Assembly (NCBI GenBank): GCA_965198005.1 | Contig: CBDAOI010000004.1 | Coordinates: 864,001-928,000 of the forward strand | Direction: 5' to 3' | Length of the DNA: 64,000 bases | From: Spirochaetia bacterium | GTDB lineage: Bacteria; Spirochaetota; Spirochaetia; SZUA-6; Bin103 | Shown: in pieces, positions 10,352 to 20,938 of the stretch | How positions within the stretch are numbered: position 1 is the first letter of the stretch | How the letters are laid out: each line of letters starts with the position of its first letter | The notes under the pieces: generated by a model | Databases searched by the model: none | Told to the model about the DNA's origin: nothing | Seen by the model: only the letters and a program-made list of their open reading frames with translations | Program-made: the position numbers and the translations under genes

Positions 10352-11758
10352 TCAGTTCAGCAGTTCGCGGACGTCGGTGACGGCGCCGTTGACGGCGGCG
10401 GCGGCCACCATGGCCGGGCTCATCAGCAGGGTGCGGCCGGTGGGCGAGCCCTGGCGGCCGATGAAGTTGCGGTTGGAGGAGGAGGCGCTCACCTGCTCGC
10501 CCACCAGCTTGTCGGGGTTCATCGCCAGGCACATGGAGCAGCCGGCGCCGCGCCACTCGAAGCCGGCCGCGGTGAAGATCTCGGGCAGCCCCTCGGCCGC
10601 CGCCTGCTGTGCCACCTGCCTGGAGCCGGGCACCACCAGCGCCTTGACCCGCCGGTCGACCCTCTGGCCGCGCACCACGCGCGCGGCCTCGCGCAGGTCG
10701 GAGAGGCGGCTGTTGGTGCAGGAACCGATGAACGCCACGTCGATTTTGGTGCCGGCGATGGGGTCGTTCTCGGCGAGCCTCATGTGCCGGTAGGCGGCGG
10801 CGGCGGTGTCGCGGTCGTCGGCGGGCACCGCGGCGAGCCGCGGCAGGCGGTCGGAAACCCCCACCGACTGCCCCGGGTTGATACCCCACGTCACCACCGG
10901 TTCGATTTCGTCGGCGCGCAGCCCCACTTCGTCGTCGAAACCGGCATCGGGGCCGCTGGCGATGGAACGCCAGTACTCCTCGGCGCGGCCGAACGCCTCC
11001 CCGCTCGGCGCGTGCGGGCGGCCGCACACGTAGTCGGCGGTGGTCTGGTCAGGGTTGACGTAACCGACGCGGGCGCCGCCCTCGATGCTCATGTTGCAGA
11101 TCGACATGCGCTCCTCCATCGACAGCCCGTCGACGGCGGAGCCGGCGTACTCGTAGGCGTAGCCGATGCCGCCCTTCACGCCCAGGGTGGCGATGATCGA
11201 GAGGATGATGTCCTTGGCGTACACGCCGGGGCCGAGCGCGCCGTCGACGCGGATGCGGCGCACCTTGGGCTTGGTCACCGCCAGCGTCTGGGTGGCCAGC
11301 ACGTCGCGCACCTGCGAGGTGCCGATGCCGAAGGCGATGGTGCCGAAGGCGCCGTGGGTGGAGGTATGGGAGTCGCCGCAGGCGATGGTCATGCCCGGCT
11401 GGGTGAGCCCCAGCTCCGGCCCGATCACGTGGACGATCCCCTGATACTCGGAGTCGAGACCGAAGAAAGCGATGCCGTGGCGGGCGGCGTTGCGCTCCAG
11501 CGCCTGATACATCTTCTCGGCGAGCGGATCGCTCAGCGGCCGTGCCCGGCGGTCGGTGGGCACGATGTGGTCGACCGTGGCGAAGGTGCGCTCGGCGTGG
11601 AGCACGGACAGGCCGCGTTCCTCCAGCATCCGGAACGCCTGCGGCGAGGTCACCTCATGGATCAGGTGCAGGCCGATGAAGAGCTGGGTCTCGCCGGTCT
11701 CCAGGGTCCCGACCGTGTGCAGATCCCAGACCTTGTCGAACAACGTAGCGCTGGACAT
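10352..11758 (-). CDS. leuC: 3-isopropylmalate dehydratase large subunit
   Basis: [56 protein letters not shown]. Confidence 0.97.
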   Translation of the reverse strand: MSSATLFDKVWDLHTVGTLETGETQLFIGLHLIHEVTSPQAFRMLEERGLSVLHAERTFATVDHIVPTDRRARPLSDPLAEKMYQALERNAARHGIAFFGLDSEYQGIVHVIGPELGLTQPGMTIACGDSHTSTHGAFGTIAFGIGTSQVRDVLATQTLAVTKPKVRRIRVDGALGPGVYAKDIILSIIATLGVKGGIGYAYEYAGSAVDGLSMEERMSICNMSIEGGARVGYVNPDQTTADYVCGRPHAPSGEAFGRAEEYWRSIASGPDAGFDDEVGLRADEIEPVVTWGINPGQSVGVSDRLPRLAAVPADDRDTAAAAYRHMRLAENDPIAGTKIDVAFIGSCTNSRLSDLREAARVVRGQRVDRRVKALVVPGSRQVAQQAAAEGLPEIFTAAGFEWRGAGCSMCLAMNPDKLVGEQVSASSSNRNFIGRQGSPTGRTLLMSPAMVAAAAVNGAVTDVRELLN

Positions 11759-11860
11759 GAGTGCCTCAAGGTACCGCAACGGCGTGCCGGCGACAACGCC
11801 GGGCGGCGGACGTCCATTTGCATATGTGCGGGTTGCGCGTGCGATGGTAGCATGGAGGCC

Positions 11861-12223
11861 ATGGTGCAGGTGAGGACCGGCATCGACCTGGTGGTGGTGG
11901 AGCAGTTCGCGCGCTCCCTGCAGGCGGGCGGGGACGCCTTTCGCCGCCGCCTGTTCCATCCGTCGGAACAGCAAGCGGCCTCGACCGAACGGCTGGCGGC
12001 GATCTTCGCCGCCAAGGAGGCGGCGTTCAAGGCGCTGGCGTTGCCGCCGGGCAACTGGCTGGTGCTGGAGATCTGTCACTCCGCCGCCGGCCGGCCGTTG
12101 ATCCGGTTCGATTCGGCGTATGATGGCGCCCACGTCGTGAGTTGCGACCTGAGCATCACCCACGCCGCGGGGTACGCCGTGGCGTCGGTGGTGGCGCTGG
12201 TGAACCATGCTGCAGGCAAGTGA
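11861..12223 (+). CDS. acpS: Holo-ACP synthase (phosphopantetheinyl transferase)
   Basis: [24 protein letters not shown]. Confidence 0.9.
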   Translation: MVQVRTGIDLVVVEQFARSLQAGGDAFRRRLFHPSEQQAASTERLAAIFAAKEAAFKALALPPGNWLVLEICHSAAGRPLIRFDSAYDGAHVVSCDLSITHAAGYAVASVVALVNHAAGK

Positions 12224-12261
12224 CCCTTGAGGATGCCGCGCGCCGCTTCGGCGACCGGCCG
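12079..12261 (+). repeat. Left copy of an imperfect ~183-bp direct repeat (acpS 3' end plus degenerate ligase 5' end)
   Basis: Aligns by eye to 13373..13557 with substitutions and small indels. Confidence 0.9.
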
Positions 12262-12379
12262 ACCGGTCAAGAATGGTGTCAAATAACGCGCCAAGCACTT
12301 GACCATGACCTTATTAACTATATACTGTACCGAGAATTGAAACGTCAAATAAGCGGTCAAACAACGCGGCACAATAATC

Positions 12380-13372
12380 ATGGATTGGGAGCAGTTCGAA
12401 TTCGACTACCGGTTACGCGTCCATGACCCGAGGCTGCTGATCACGATCGAAGCGTACCGCGAGGCCGCACTCAATCTGGTGCTTCCGCCGGACTGGCGCG
12501 ATCAGCTCGACCGGCTGAACCGGGTGCGGGCGGTCTTCGGAACCACCGCGCTCGAGGGCAATCCGCTGTCGGAACAGCAGGTGGCGGAGTCGTTGGACGA
12601 CCGCGCCACCGAGCGGCAACGGACCCGGGAGCAGGCCCAGATCAGGAACGCGGGCCTGGCTCAGGACTGGGTCCGGTCCGGATTCCAACGTGGCGGGGCG
12701 CCGCTGCATCTGACAGACATACTGCAGATGCATCGGCTGATGACCCAAGATTCCGATGAGACGAACAACGTGCCGGGCCGGTTTCGGCGCAACCGCGTGG
12801 TCGTCGGCACACCTGCGCTCGGCGGCGTCCATCGCGGAGCGCCGCCCGCGCACATCCCACGATTGATGGACGGGTTCGTGGCGTTCATCAACTCGGCCAA
12901 GGCACAAGGCGAGCACCCGGTGATCCGGGCGTTGCTCGGCCATTTCTTCCTGGTCACCATCCATCCGTTCGGCGACGGCAACGGCCGCGTCTCGCGGCTG
13001 ACAGAGGCGGCGCTGCTCTACCAGGGAGGCTACAACGTGCACGGGTTCTACGGTCTCTCCAACTACTTCTACCGCAATGGCGACGAGTACAAGATGCGCC
13101 TCCAGGAGTGTCGCAAGACCCAGCCGCTCGATGTGTCGGAGAGCGGGCAAGCGCCGCCGCGTGCTCAACGACCGGGAACACAGCCTGCTGGCCTTTCTGC
13201 TCGATGAGACCGAGCCGGAGGATCCCTTCGCCGAAAAACCGTCGAAACAGATCTCGCTGGCGGACCTGATGGCGTCGTCCTACGTCAGAACCGCGTATCG
13301 ATCCGTCACCCCGCGCACCTTCCGCCGCGAGCTGATCCGCCTCGCCGACCTCGGTTTCATACTCTTCACCGC
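12380..13372 (+). pseudogene. Fic-domain protein with a winged-helix C-terminus, frameshifted near 13135
   Basis: TTALEGN, HPFGDGNGRVSR; C-terminal ...RTFRRELIRLADLGFI lies in a different frame. Confidence 0.85.
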
Positions 13373-13557
13373 CTCCGCCGCCGGCCGGCCTTGGAGCCGG
13401 TTCGATTCGGTGTATAGTGCTCACGTCATGAGTTGCGATCTGAGCACAACCCACGCCGCGGGTTACGCCGTGGCGTCCGTAGTCGCGCTGGTAAGCCATG
13501 CTGCAGACGATTGACCAGTTTCTTGAGGATGCCGCGCGCCGCTTCGGCGACCGGCCG
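13373..13557 (+). repeat. Right copy of the ~183-bp direct repeat (degenerate acpS 3' end plus functional ligase start)
   Basis: Encodes ...[21 protein letters not shown], matching the AcpS C-terminus. Confidence 0.9.
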
Positions 13558-15969
13558 GCGCTGCTGTTCAAGCCGGGGTTCCGCTTTCGCACCTGGAGCT
13601 ACCGTGCCCTGTACGACGACGTGCAGCGGGTGGCGGCGCTGCTGCAGAGCCGCGGCATCGGCAAGGGCGACCGGGTAATCCTGTGGGGGCCCAACGCCCC
13701 GCACTGGGTGCTGGCGTTCTTCGGCTGCCTGCGGATCGGCGCCGTCCTGGTGCCGCTGGACCTGCGTTCGACGCCGGACTTCGTGCAGCAGGTGATCTCC
13801 AAGACCGCGCCGGTGCTGGCCTTCATCTCCCGCGTCACGCCGCAGGAGGGCGTCCGCCTGGAGGTGCCGGTCCTCCTGTTCGAGGACCTGGAGCAGCTCA
13901 TCTACGAGTTGCCGCCGCCGCGCGCCGGCGAGCTGACCGGCGACGACCTGGCCGAGATCATGTTCACCTCCGGCACCACCGGCGACGCCAAGGGGGTGCT
14001 GCTGACCCACCGCAACCTGCTCGCCAACCTGCAGTCGGTGCAGCAGGTGATCCCCGGCAGCCCCTCGTTCCGGATGCTGTCGCTGCTGCCGCTGAGCCAC
14101 ATGTTCGAGCAGATGGGCTCGCTGTTCAGCGGCCTGGGCTGCGGCGCGAGCATCACCTTCGTTACCAGTCGGCAACCGGCGCTGTTGCTCAAGCTGATGC
14201 GGGAGCGCAGGGTCACCATGATGCTGCTGGTGCCGCAGGCGCTGGACCTGTTCATGAAGGGGATCGAGCGCGAGGTGGCGAACCAGGGCAAGCAGCGGCT
14301 GTGGGAGGGGTCGCTCAAGCTGGCGCGGCGGCTGCCGATGGCGTTGCGGCGGCTGTTGTTCCACAAGGTGCACGCCCGCTTCGGCGGCCACCTGCGGATC
14401 GTGGTCTCCGGCGGCGCCGCCCTGGACCAGCACCTGGGCGAGAAGTGGTACCTGCTCGGCATCAACGTGCTGCAGGGCTACGGCGCCACCGAGGCATCGC
14501 CGGTAATCAGTTGCCATGCCTTGACCGACGCCCGCTTCGACTCGGTGGGGCGCCCGCTGCCCGGCGTGGACGTGCGCATCACCGGCGCCGGCGAGATCCA
14601 GGTCCGCGGCGCCAACGTCACCCAGGGCTACTGGAACGCCCCGGAGCAGACCGCGGCGGCGTTCGACGGCGAGTGGTACAAGACCGGCGACATGGGGTTC
14701 CTGGATGAGGCCGGCTTCCTGCACGTCCGCGGCCGCATCAAGGAGATGATCGTGCTGGCCAACGGCCAGAACGTGTTTCCCGAGGACATCGAGGCGGTGC
14801 TCAAGAACGACCCCGCGGTGACCGACGCCGCGGTGGTGGGGCTGCGCCGGGGCCAGGACACCCAGGTGCACGCGGTGTTCCTGCTGGAGCAGCCGGAGCA
14901 GGCGTCCGCCATCGTCGCGCGCGCCAATCGGGAGCTGGGTGAACACCAGCAGGTACGCGGCTTTACCATCTGGCCCGAGGCGGACTTCCCCCGCACCCAT
15001 ACGCTGAAGGTCAAGAAGGGCGTGCTGGTGGACGCCCTGCAGAGCGGGACGCAGGGCGCCGCGGCCGCGAGCGCGGCGGGCGCGCAACCGGCGCAGGAGG
15101 CGGATCCGAGGCAACGTCTGGTACACTTGGTCTCCGAGGTGAGCGGGGTGGCCCAGGAACAGGTGCTGCCGGAGCACACCGTGGGCGGCGACCTCAACCT
15201 CGATTCCCTCAAGCGGGTGGAGATGCTGTCGATCATCGAGCAGGAACTGGGAGTGTACATCGACGAGTCGCTGGTCGACTCGACCACCACCTTCGCCCAG
15301 CTCCAGCGGCTGCTCGAATCGCAGGAGGAGGCCAAGGCGGCGCTGCCGCCGTTCTACACCTGGCCGCTCAGCTTCTGGTTCACGCTGCTGCGCGAGGTGT
15401 TGCACCAGACCATCGTGTTCCCGCTGCTGAGCGTCCGCTACCGCATCAGCGCCACCGGGGTCCAGCACCTGGAGGACCTCGCCGGCCCGGTGCTGTTCGC
15501 CGCCAACCACAACGCGGTGCTCGGCGACAGCATGGTGCTGGCCAAGGCCACGCCGCGCGCTTGGCGGCGCCACCTGTCGTTTGCCGCGGCGGCCGAGATC
15601 ACCTTCGAAAAGCGGTTGACGGGGATCGTGGCGGCGCTGGTGGCCAACGCCTTTCCGCTGTCGCGCGAGAGCGCGATCCGCGCCAGCCTGGAGCACATGG
15701 GCCGGATGATGGACGCGGGCTGGAACGTGGTGATCTTCCCGGAGGGGGAGCAGCGCGTCGGCCAGCCGATGCTGCCGTTCCAGAGCGGCGCCGGCATGCT
15801 GGCGGTGGAGTCGCACACGCCGGTGGTGCCGGTGCACATCGTCAGCCAGCCCGGCGGCGGGCTGCGGCCGCAGGTGTCGGTACGCTTCGGGCCGGCGCTG
15901 CGGTTCGCCCCCGGCACTTCCTACCTCGACGCCACCGCCCGCATCGCAGCCGCGGTCAAGGCGCTGTAG
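13498..15969 (+). CDS. AMP-dependent acyl ligase - acyl carrier - PlsC-type acyltransferase fusion
   Basis: FTSGTTGDAKG, GYGATE, YKTGD; ACP motif LNLDSL; acyltransferase ANHNAVLGD and IFPEG. Confidence 0.9.
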   Translation: MLQTIDQFLEDAARRFGDRPALLFKPGFRFRTWSYRALYDDVQRVAALLQSRGIGKGDRVILWGPNAPHWVLAFFGCLRIGAVLVPLDLRSTPDFVQQVISKTAPVLAFISRVTPQEGVRLEVPVLLFEDLEQLIYELPPPRAGELTGDDLAEIMFTSGTTGDAKGVLLTHRNLLANLQSVQQVIPGSPSFRMLSLLPLSHMFEQMGSLFSGLGCGASITFVTSRQPALLLKLMRERRVTMMLLVPQALDLFMKGIEREVANQGKQRLWEGSLKLARRLPMALRRLLFHKVHARFGGHLRIVVSGGAALDQHLGEKWYLLGINVLQGYGATEASPVISCHALTDARFDSVGRPLPGVDVRITGAGEIQVRGANVTQGYWNAPEQTAAAFDGEWYKTGDMGFLDEAGFLHVRGRIKEMIVLANGQNVFPEDIEAVLKNDPAVTDAAVVGLRRGQDTQVHAVFLLEQPEQASAIVARANRELGEHQQVRGFTIWPEADFPRTHTLKVKKGVLVDALQSGTQGAAAASAAGAQPAQEADPRQRLVHLVSEVSGVAQEQVLPEHTVGGDLNLDSLKRVEMLSIIEQELGVYIDESLVDSTTTFAQLQRLLESQEEAKAALPPFYTWPLSFWFTLLREVLHQTIVFPLLSVRYRISATGVQHLEDLAGPVLFAANHNAVLGDSMVLAKATPRAWRRHLSFAAAAEITFEKRLTGIVAALVANAFPLSRESAIRASLEHMGRMMDAGWNVVIFPEGEQRVGQPMLPFQSGAGMLAVESHTPVVPVHIVSQPGGGLRPQVSVRFGPALRFAPGTSYLDATARIAAAVKAL

Positions 15970-15996
15970 GGAGGCCAAGGGAGGCCAGGAAGGCCC

Positions 15997-16845
15997 TCAC
16001 GGTTGCGGCTGCGGGGCTCTCGCCGCCAGGCGCGCCACTGCCGACACCACCAGAAAGGCGGCCACGCATACCAGGGCGACGGCGGCCCCGGAGGCGACGC
16101 TGAAGTAGTAGGAGAGGTACAGCCCGACCACCGCGGAGACGATGCCGACCGCCGCCGCTACCAGCACCGTGTGGTGGAAGCGGCGCGTGATCTGCAGCGC
16201 CGCGGCGGCCGGGGCGACCATCAGGGTCACCACCAGCGCGATGCCGATGGTCTGCAGCGCCACCACGATGGCCAGGGCGATCAGGACGTACAGCAGATAG
16301 GTGAGCAGGGTGCTCTTGAGCCGCAGCGAGGCGGCGAACTCGCGGTCGAACGTGACCAGCACCAACTCCTTGTAGAGCAGCAGGATCACTGCGACGATGA
16401 CGACCGAGACCGCGCCGATACGCACCAGGTCGGCGGCCGTCACACTGAGCAGGTTGCCAAACAGAAAGTGCAACAGATCCACCGCGAAGTTGCGGGCGGT
16501 GGAGATCATGGCGATGCCGAGTGCGAACAGGCCGGCGTAGACCACGCCCACCGCGGCATCCTCGCCGATCCGGGAGCGGTGCACCAGGGTGGCCATCCCC
16601 AGCGAGGCGAGGATCGCGGTGGCCGCGGCCCACCAGAACAGACGGTTGCGGTCAGGGCCGGCCACCAGATAGCCGACGGCGAGGCCGGGGACCAGCGAGT
16701 GGGCCAGGGCGGCGCCGATGTAGGACATGCCGCGCAGCACGGCGAAGGTGCCGACCAGGGCGCAGACCGACGCGACCATCGTGACGGCCAGCAACGCCCT
16801 GCCCACGAACGGGTAGGCGAGCGGCGCGAGCAGCAGCTCGATCAT
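15997..16845 (-). CDS. znuB: Zn/Mn ABC transporter permease
   Basis: Hydrophobic; GAALAHSLVPG, LFGNLL, TFDREFA motifs of the ABC-3 family. Confidence 0.9.
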   Translation of the reverse strand: MIELLLAPLAYPFVGRALLAVTMVASVCALVGTFAVLRGMSYIGAALAHSLVPGLAVGYLVAGPDRNRLFWWAAATAILASLGMATLVHRSRIGEDAAVGVVYAGLFALGIAMISTARNFAVDLLHFLFGNLLSVTAADLVRIGAVSVVIVAVILLLYKELVLVTFDREFAASLRLKSTLLTYLLYVLIALAIVVALQTIGIALVVTLMVAPAAAALQITRRFHHTVLVAAAVGIVSAVVGLYLSYYFSVASGAAVALVCVAAFLVVSAVARLAARAPQPQP

Positions 16846-17750
16846 CGCGGCGCGGCGTGATCGCAGTGGCTGTCGGACAGGGCGTAACCGGGGCCGACGG
16901 CATCGATGCGCCGCAGGTTGTTACCGTACGCGGCCGCCAGATGCTCCGCCACCAGCACCTCTGCGGGCGTGCCGGCCGCGATCAGGCGCCGATTCAGCAA
17001 CATCACCCGCCCCAGGTGTTCAGCCACCCCCAGGTCGTGGGTGGCAACCATCACCGCGATCGATTCCCCCACGGAGTCGAGAGTTTCGGTTAGTTGTCGG
17101 CAGGCCTCGGCGTCGAGGCCGGCATACGGCTCGTCGAGCAGCATGATCTCCGCCTCCTGCGCCAGCGCACGGGCGATGAACATGCGCCGCCTCTGACCGC
17201 CGGAAAGCTCGCCGATCTGGCGCCGGCGCAACCCGGTGATGGCGACCCGCTCCATGGCGTCGGCAACGATGGCGCGGTCCCTGCGCCCCGGGTAGCGGAA
17301 GTAGCGCAGCCGGGCGATGCGGCCCATTGCGACCACATCCTCGACGGTGGCGGGAAAGCGCAAGTTGATATCGGCATGCTGCTCGATGTAGGCGATGCAG
17401 ACGTGGCGGTCCGGCGCGCTCCCGTATACCTGCACCGTGCCGGCGGCGGGCCGGTGGGTGCCGGCAATAACCTTGAACAGGGTGCTCTTGCCGGCGCCGT
17501 TGGGGCCCACCACCGCGATCCGCTCGCCCGCGGCCAAGTGCATCGAAACACCCTCGAGAGCACAACGCCCGGCGTAGTATGCGTCTACGTCACGGAGTTC
17601 GAGCATCACCGCGCAGGGGGTGTGGGCGGGCTCACGGCCGCGTTCGGCCCGGCCCGTGATCCGCGGCCCGAGGTGCCCGCGTACCGCGGTCTGGCCTGAA
17701 GAGGCACTATCCGTGCGCGGCAATAGCATACTTTGACCTATCATTATCAT
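16842..17750 (-). CDS. znuC: Zn/Mn ABC transporter ATP-binding protein (true start probably later, e.g. 17606)
   Basis: GPNGAGKS, LSGGQ, LLDEP. Confidence 0.9.
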   Translation of the reverse strand: MIMIGQSMLLPRTDSASSGQTAVRGHLGPRITGRAERGREPAHTPCAVMLELRDVDAYYAGRCALEGVSMHLAAGERIAVVGPNGAGKSTLFKVIAGTHRPAAGTVQVYGSAPDRHVCIAYIEQHADINLRFPATVEDVVAMGRIARLRYFRYPGRRDRAIVADAMERVAITGLRRRQIGELSGGQRRRMFIARALAQEAEIMLLDEPYAGLDAEACRQLTETLDSVGESIAVMVATHDLGVAEHLGRVMLLNRRLIAAGTPAEVLVAEHLAAAYGNNLRRIDAVGPGYALSDSHCDHAAPR

Positions 17751-17754
17751 TAGC
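17735..17754 (-). promoter_or_regulatory. Fur/Zur-like box upstream of znuC
   Basis: Minus strand gcTAATGATAATGATAGGTC next to a TATGCT -10 element. Confidence 0.6.
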
Positions 17755-17800
17755 AGACATCACCAGCCGGTAGATTATCGTACGTGTGTGCTGTGGCGGA

Positions 17801-18142
17801 TCAGGCGCCAGCCACGCCGGCGAGGGCCTCCGGCCGGGAAGCATGCACCGGGATGATGCGGTCGAAGCCGCTGATCTCGAACACTTCCCGAATCGACGCC
17901 GAGAGCGAGCACAGCGCGAACTTGGCCTGCTGCCGTTGCAGCTTGCGGGCAATCAGCAGCATCACGCGAAGACCGGAGCTGCTGACGTAGGAGAGCTCCT
18001 CCAGATCCAGGACCACGGCCCGGTCGCCGTCGTCTATTATCGCCTCCAGACCATCCTGGAATTCCTGGGAGTTGCTGCCGTCGACGCGACCTCCGGTCTT
18101 CACGATCAAAGTTCCCGCGTCTCGCTCCGAGCTGATCTCCAC
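17801..18142 (-). CDS. STAS-domain anti-sigma factor antagonist
   Basis: GRVDGSNS, LDLEELSYVSSSGLRV, VFEISGF. Confidence 0.92.
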   Translation of the reverse strand: MEISSERDAGTLIVKTGGRVDGSNSQEFQDGLEAIIDDGDRAVVLDLEELSYVSSSGLRVMLLIARKLQRQQAKFALCSLSASIREVFEISGFDRIIPVHASRPEALAGVAGA

Positions 18143-18235
18143 TCCGGTGTCTCCTTACCCGACCTCGCTGGACGGCTGCGCCGGCCCGCGGGCATCGCTC
18201 CACGCCGAGCCAGCTACGGATTACTACATTCCGCC

Positions 18236-19231
18236 TTATCGTGCAAGTGCCGTGACGATCCGTTCGACGTTGGTACGGATGAACTTCTCGTAGGTGTCGG
18301 CGGGGCCGCCGGGCTCACTCAGAGAACCGGTGTGGACTGCCACCAACTCGATGCCGAGCTCGCTGGTGAGTGGCTCCGCGATCTGCCGGCTCACCGAGGT
18401 GCCGACAAAGATCGCCGGTATGTCACGTTCGGCGATCGTCTCACGCAACTCCGCCATATGGCGTATCGACGGCTCGGAGGCGGTGCTGGCGCCGGGTATG
18501 ACCGTAGCCAACAGCTCGAAGCCGTAGCGGTCGCTGAAATAGCCGAAAACCTCGTGGTCGGTCACGAGCACGCGCCGGTTGTGGGGGACGGCGGCGACCT
18601 GTGTCCGGACCCAGGCGTCCAGACCATGCAGCTCCTCGGCCAGGGCGGCGGCACGACGAGCGTAGTCCGTGGCGTAATCAGGATCGACCTCGGCCAGCGC
18701 CTGGGCAATTCGCGACGGCCATCCGGCAACCAGGGTCGGGTCCATCCAGACGTGCGGATCGAACACGAGGTCGTGATGCCCGTGCTCGTCTTCCTCGTCA
18801 CGATGCTCGCCATCTTGCTGTTGCGCGGCGCGCGCCTCGTCCGGTCGCCGGAGCGGCAGGTGCTCGGACAACTCGACCACGCGCCGTGGCTGCGCGCTGA
18901 CGACCAGGTCGCCCAGGAAGTTGGCCTCCAGCCCGGCACCGTTGGCAAACACCACGGCGGCATCGGCAACCTGCCGTGCGTCACGCGGGGTTGGCTGAAA
19001 CACGTGCGGATCGGCACCTGGGGGCAGCATCACGTAGAGCGAAATCCGTTCCCCGCCGATCCTGGCGACGATGTCACCCACGATGGAGGTGGTCGCCACC
19101 ACCGCCACCGTTCCGCCGTCCGGCTGCTCTCGTGCCGGGGAGGCAACCAAGTGCGAAGCTGCAAGGCTGAACACGACCGCCGCGATTGCCGCGACCGCCG
19201 CGGCACTCTTCAGCTGGGGAACGAGACGCAT
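18236..19231 (-). CDS. znuA: Zn/Mn ABC transporter substrate-binding protein
   Basis: Signal peptide, VATTSI, GADPHVFQPTP, His/acidic loop, DPHVWMDP, DHEVFGYF. Confidence 0.92.
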   Translation of the reverse strand: MRLVPQLKSAAAVAAIAAVVFSLAASHLVASPAREQPDGGTVAVVATTSIVGDIVARIGGERISLYVMLPPGADPHVFQPTPRDARQVADAAVVFANGAGLEANFLGDLVVSAQPRRVVELSEHLPLRRPDEARAAQQQDGEHRDEEDEHGHHDLVFDPHVWMDPTLVAGWPSRIAQALAEVDPDYATDYARRAAALAEELHGLDAWVRTQVAAVPHNRRVLVTDHEVFGYFSDRYGFELLATVIPGASTASEPSIRHMAELRETIAERDIPAIFVGTSVSRQIAEPLTSELGIELVAVHTGSLSEPGGPADTYEKFIRTNVERIVTALAR

Positions 19232-19251
19232 GGCGACAGTATAACTATACC

Positions 19252-19270
19252 GACAAACCATTATCAACAA
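19252..19270 (-). promoter_or_regulatory. Fur/Zur-like box over the znuA promoter
   Basis: Minus strand TTGTTGATAATGGTTTGTC; shares TGATAATGnTnnGTC with the znuC box; TATACT-6-ATG downstream. Confidence 0.6.
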
Positions 19271-19339
19271 TGTTTTGTGAACGCTCCTGTGAACTCTTTG
19301 ACCGCACCCCGCAGGTAACGGTACCGTCGTCGCCGAGCC

Positions 19340-20677
19340 GTGCGTTTCGCCATCTATGCCAGCGATTCCCCCTTGCCGCGCGTGCGCCGTATCGAGGTGA
19401 TCCCGGTCGAATACCGCGGCACGCGCGGATTCTACCTGCGCGACCCGCTCGGGTTCACGCCGCAACCGCTGGTGCTCGGGAACGCAGGGCTGCTGATGCT
19501 GTCCTGTCTCGATGGCCGACACTCGATCGATCAGGTGTGCCGCGTCGTGCGCCGGAGACTGCCGGGCAGCAACATCGGGGCACCCGAGGTCCGGCGCCTG
19601 CTGAACGCCCTGAGCAGCGGCTGCTACCTGCAAGACCGGACGGCCGCGGCGCGTATCGCGCAGGTGCGTGCGGAGTTCGAGCGCGTGGAGGTGCGTCCGG
19701 CATGGCACGCCGGCTCCGCCTATCCGGACGACGCGGCCGAGCTGGCGGCGATGCTGGACCGTCTGTTCGCTGCCGCCGCGCCCGCGCGGGACGCGGGGGA
19801 GGGAGCGGCCGGGACCGGCGCGGGACAACTGGTCGCCGTCATGTGCCCGCACGTCGACCTGCGCGCCGGCGGTGAAATCTACCCGCCCGCGTTCGCCACC
19901 CTGGCCGCCGCGGCCCACCGGCCGCGACCGATCGAGCTGTACGTGATCCTCGGCGTGGCCCACCACGGCGGCACCCGGCCGGGCGCCAGCTTCGCCGTCG
20001 CCAGCGACAAGCACTACGCTACACCGTTCGGCGAGGTCCCCACCGACCGGTCCGTCATCGAGGAGTGGTCGCGCCGCGCCCGGCGGAAGGTCACCGACCA
20101 GCAATGGGTGCACCGCACCGAGCATTCGGTGGAATTCCCGCTGGTGTTCCTGCAGTACACGCAGGCGCGGGCGGCGCTGCCGCCGTACGCGGTGGTGCCG
20201 GTCCTGCTCGGCGGCGTCGACCACTACCTGCGCACCGGCCGCGATCCGCTGCAGGCTGCCGAGGTCGCCGGCGAGCTGGCGGCGCTGCGCGCGGCGGTGG
20301 CCGCCAGCGGCAAGCGCGCGCTCTACCTGCTGAGCGTGGATCTGGCTCACGTCGGCCCCAAGTTCGGTCAGCCTGAGCGGGTGGACGATGCGGTCGCGGC
20401 CGCCTGCGAGCAGGCCGACCGCGACCTGCTGGGTTTTGCCCAACGGTTCGACGCGGCCGGCTTCACCCGCGCGCTGCACGCCGATCGCAACTGCCGCAAC
20501 CTGGACGCCGTCTCCGGCCTGTTCTCCCTCTACCCGCTGCTGGCCGGCGGCGCCTGCCGCGGCTCCCTGCTCAGCTACGGCCAGAACCGGCAGCCCGACA
20601 CCGGCTCGCTGGTCAGCTACGCCAGCATGGCCTTCTACCGCACGGACCGCACGGCCCCCGCCCCGGCGCGTGACTGA
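19340..20677 (+). CDS. AmmeMemoRadiSam protein B (MEMO1 family) with an N-terminal extension
   Basis: VRPAWHAGSAYP, CPHVD, TPFG, HRTEHSVEF, SVDLAHVG, VSYAS. Confidence 0.88.
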   Translation: MRFAIYASDSPLPRVRRIEVIPVEYRGTRGFYLRDPLGFTPQPLVLGNAGLLMLSCLDGRHSIDQVCRVVRRRLPGSNIGAPEVRRLLNALSSGCYLQDRTAAARIAQVRAEFERVEVRPAWHAGSAYPDDAAELAAMLDRLFAAAAPARDAGEGAAGTGAGQLVAVMCPHVDLRAGGEIYPPAFATLAAAAHRPRPIELYVILGVAHHGGTRPGASFAVASDKHYATPFGEVPTDRSVIEEWSRRARRKVTDQQWVHRTEHSVEFPLVFLQYTQARAALPPYAVVPVLLGGVDHYLRTGRDPLQAAEVAGELAALRAAVAASGKRALYLLSVDLAHVGPKFGQPERVDDAVAAACEQADRDLLGFAQRFDAAGFTRALHADRNCRNLDAVSGLFSLYPLLAGGACRGSLLSYGQNRQPDTGSLVSYASMAFYRTDRTAPAPARD

Positions 20678-20938
20678 TCCCGCGCCGCCGGTGGAACGGT
20701 ACGTCTCGTCCGGTACGGCGCGGCTCCGGACGTGCCCAAGCCCGCGGCGACGCCGCTGCCGACCCCGTTCGAACTCGTCACCACGCCGCTGCGAGAAGCC
20801 TCCAGCCCCCACGCCGGATTTGGGTTTGGATTTGGGTAACTGCGGTTGACTTCTCTCTACTCTCAATGGTAGGGTAGGCTCTAGACCTTAGCGGGAGGCA
20901 ACGCTACGGGCCCCAATGATAGCGTAGAGATAGTTCGT

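Noticed and set aside
10352-12298. N-terminally extended LeuC, and likewise extended XPB (36993) and YbdK (35909)
   Set aside because: The extensions overlap other genes or remnants; family-typical starts are at 11758, 37404 and 36191
13426-15978. 850-aa minus-strand ORF and similar long antisense ORFs (5683..7887, 35594..37411, 39170..40927, 53951..55525)
   Set aside because: Shadow frames of well-supported genes in high-GC DNA; no recognisable motifs
18236-20866. 876-aa ORF as a giant ZnuA fusion
   Set aside because: The upstream part is the antisense of the MEMO1 gene; the signal peptide and promoter place the start at 19231
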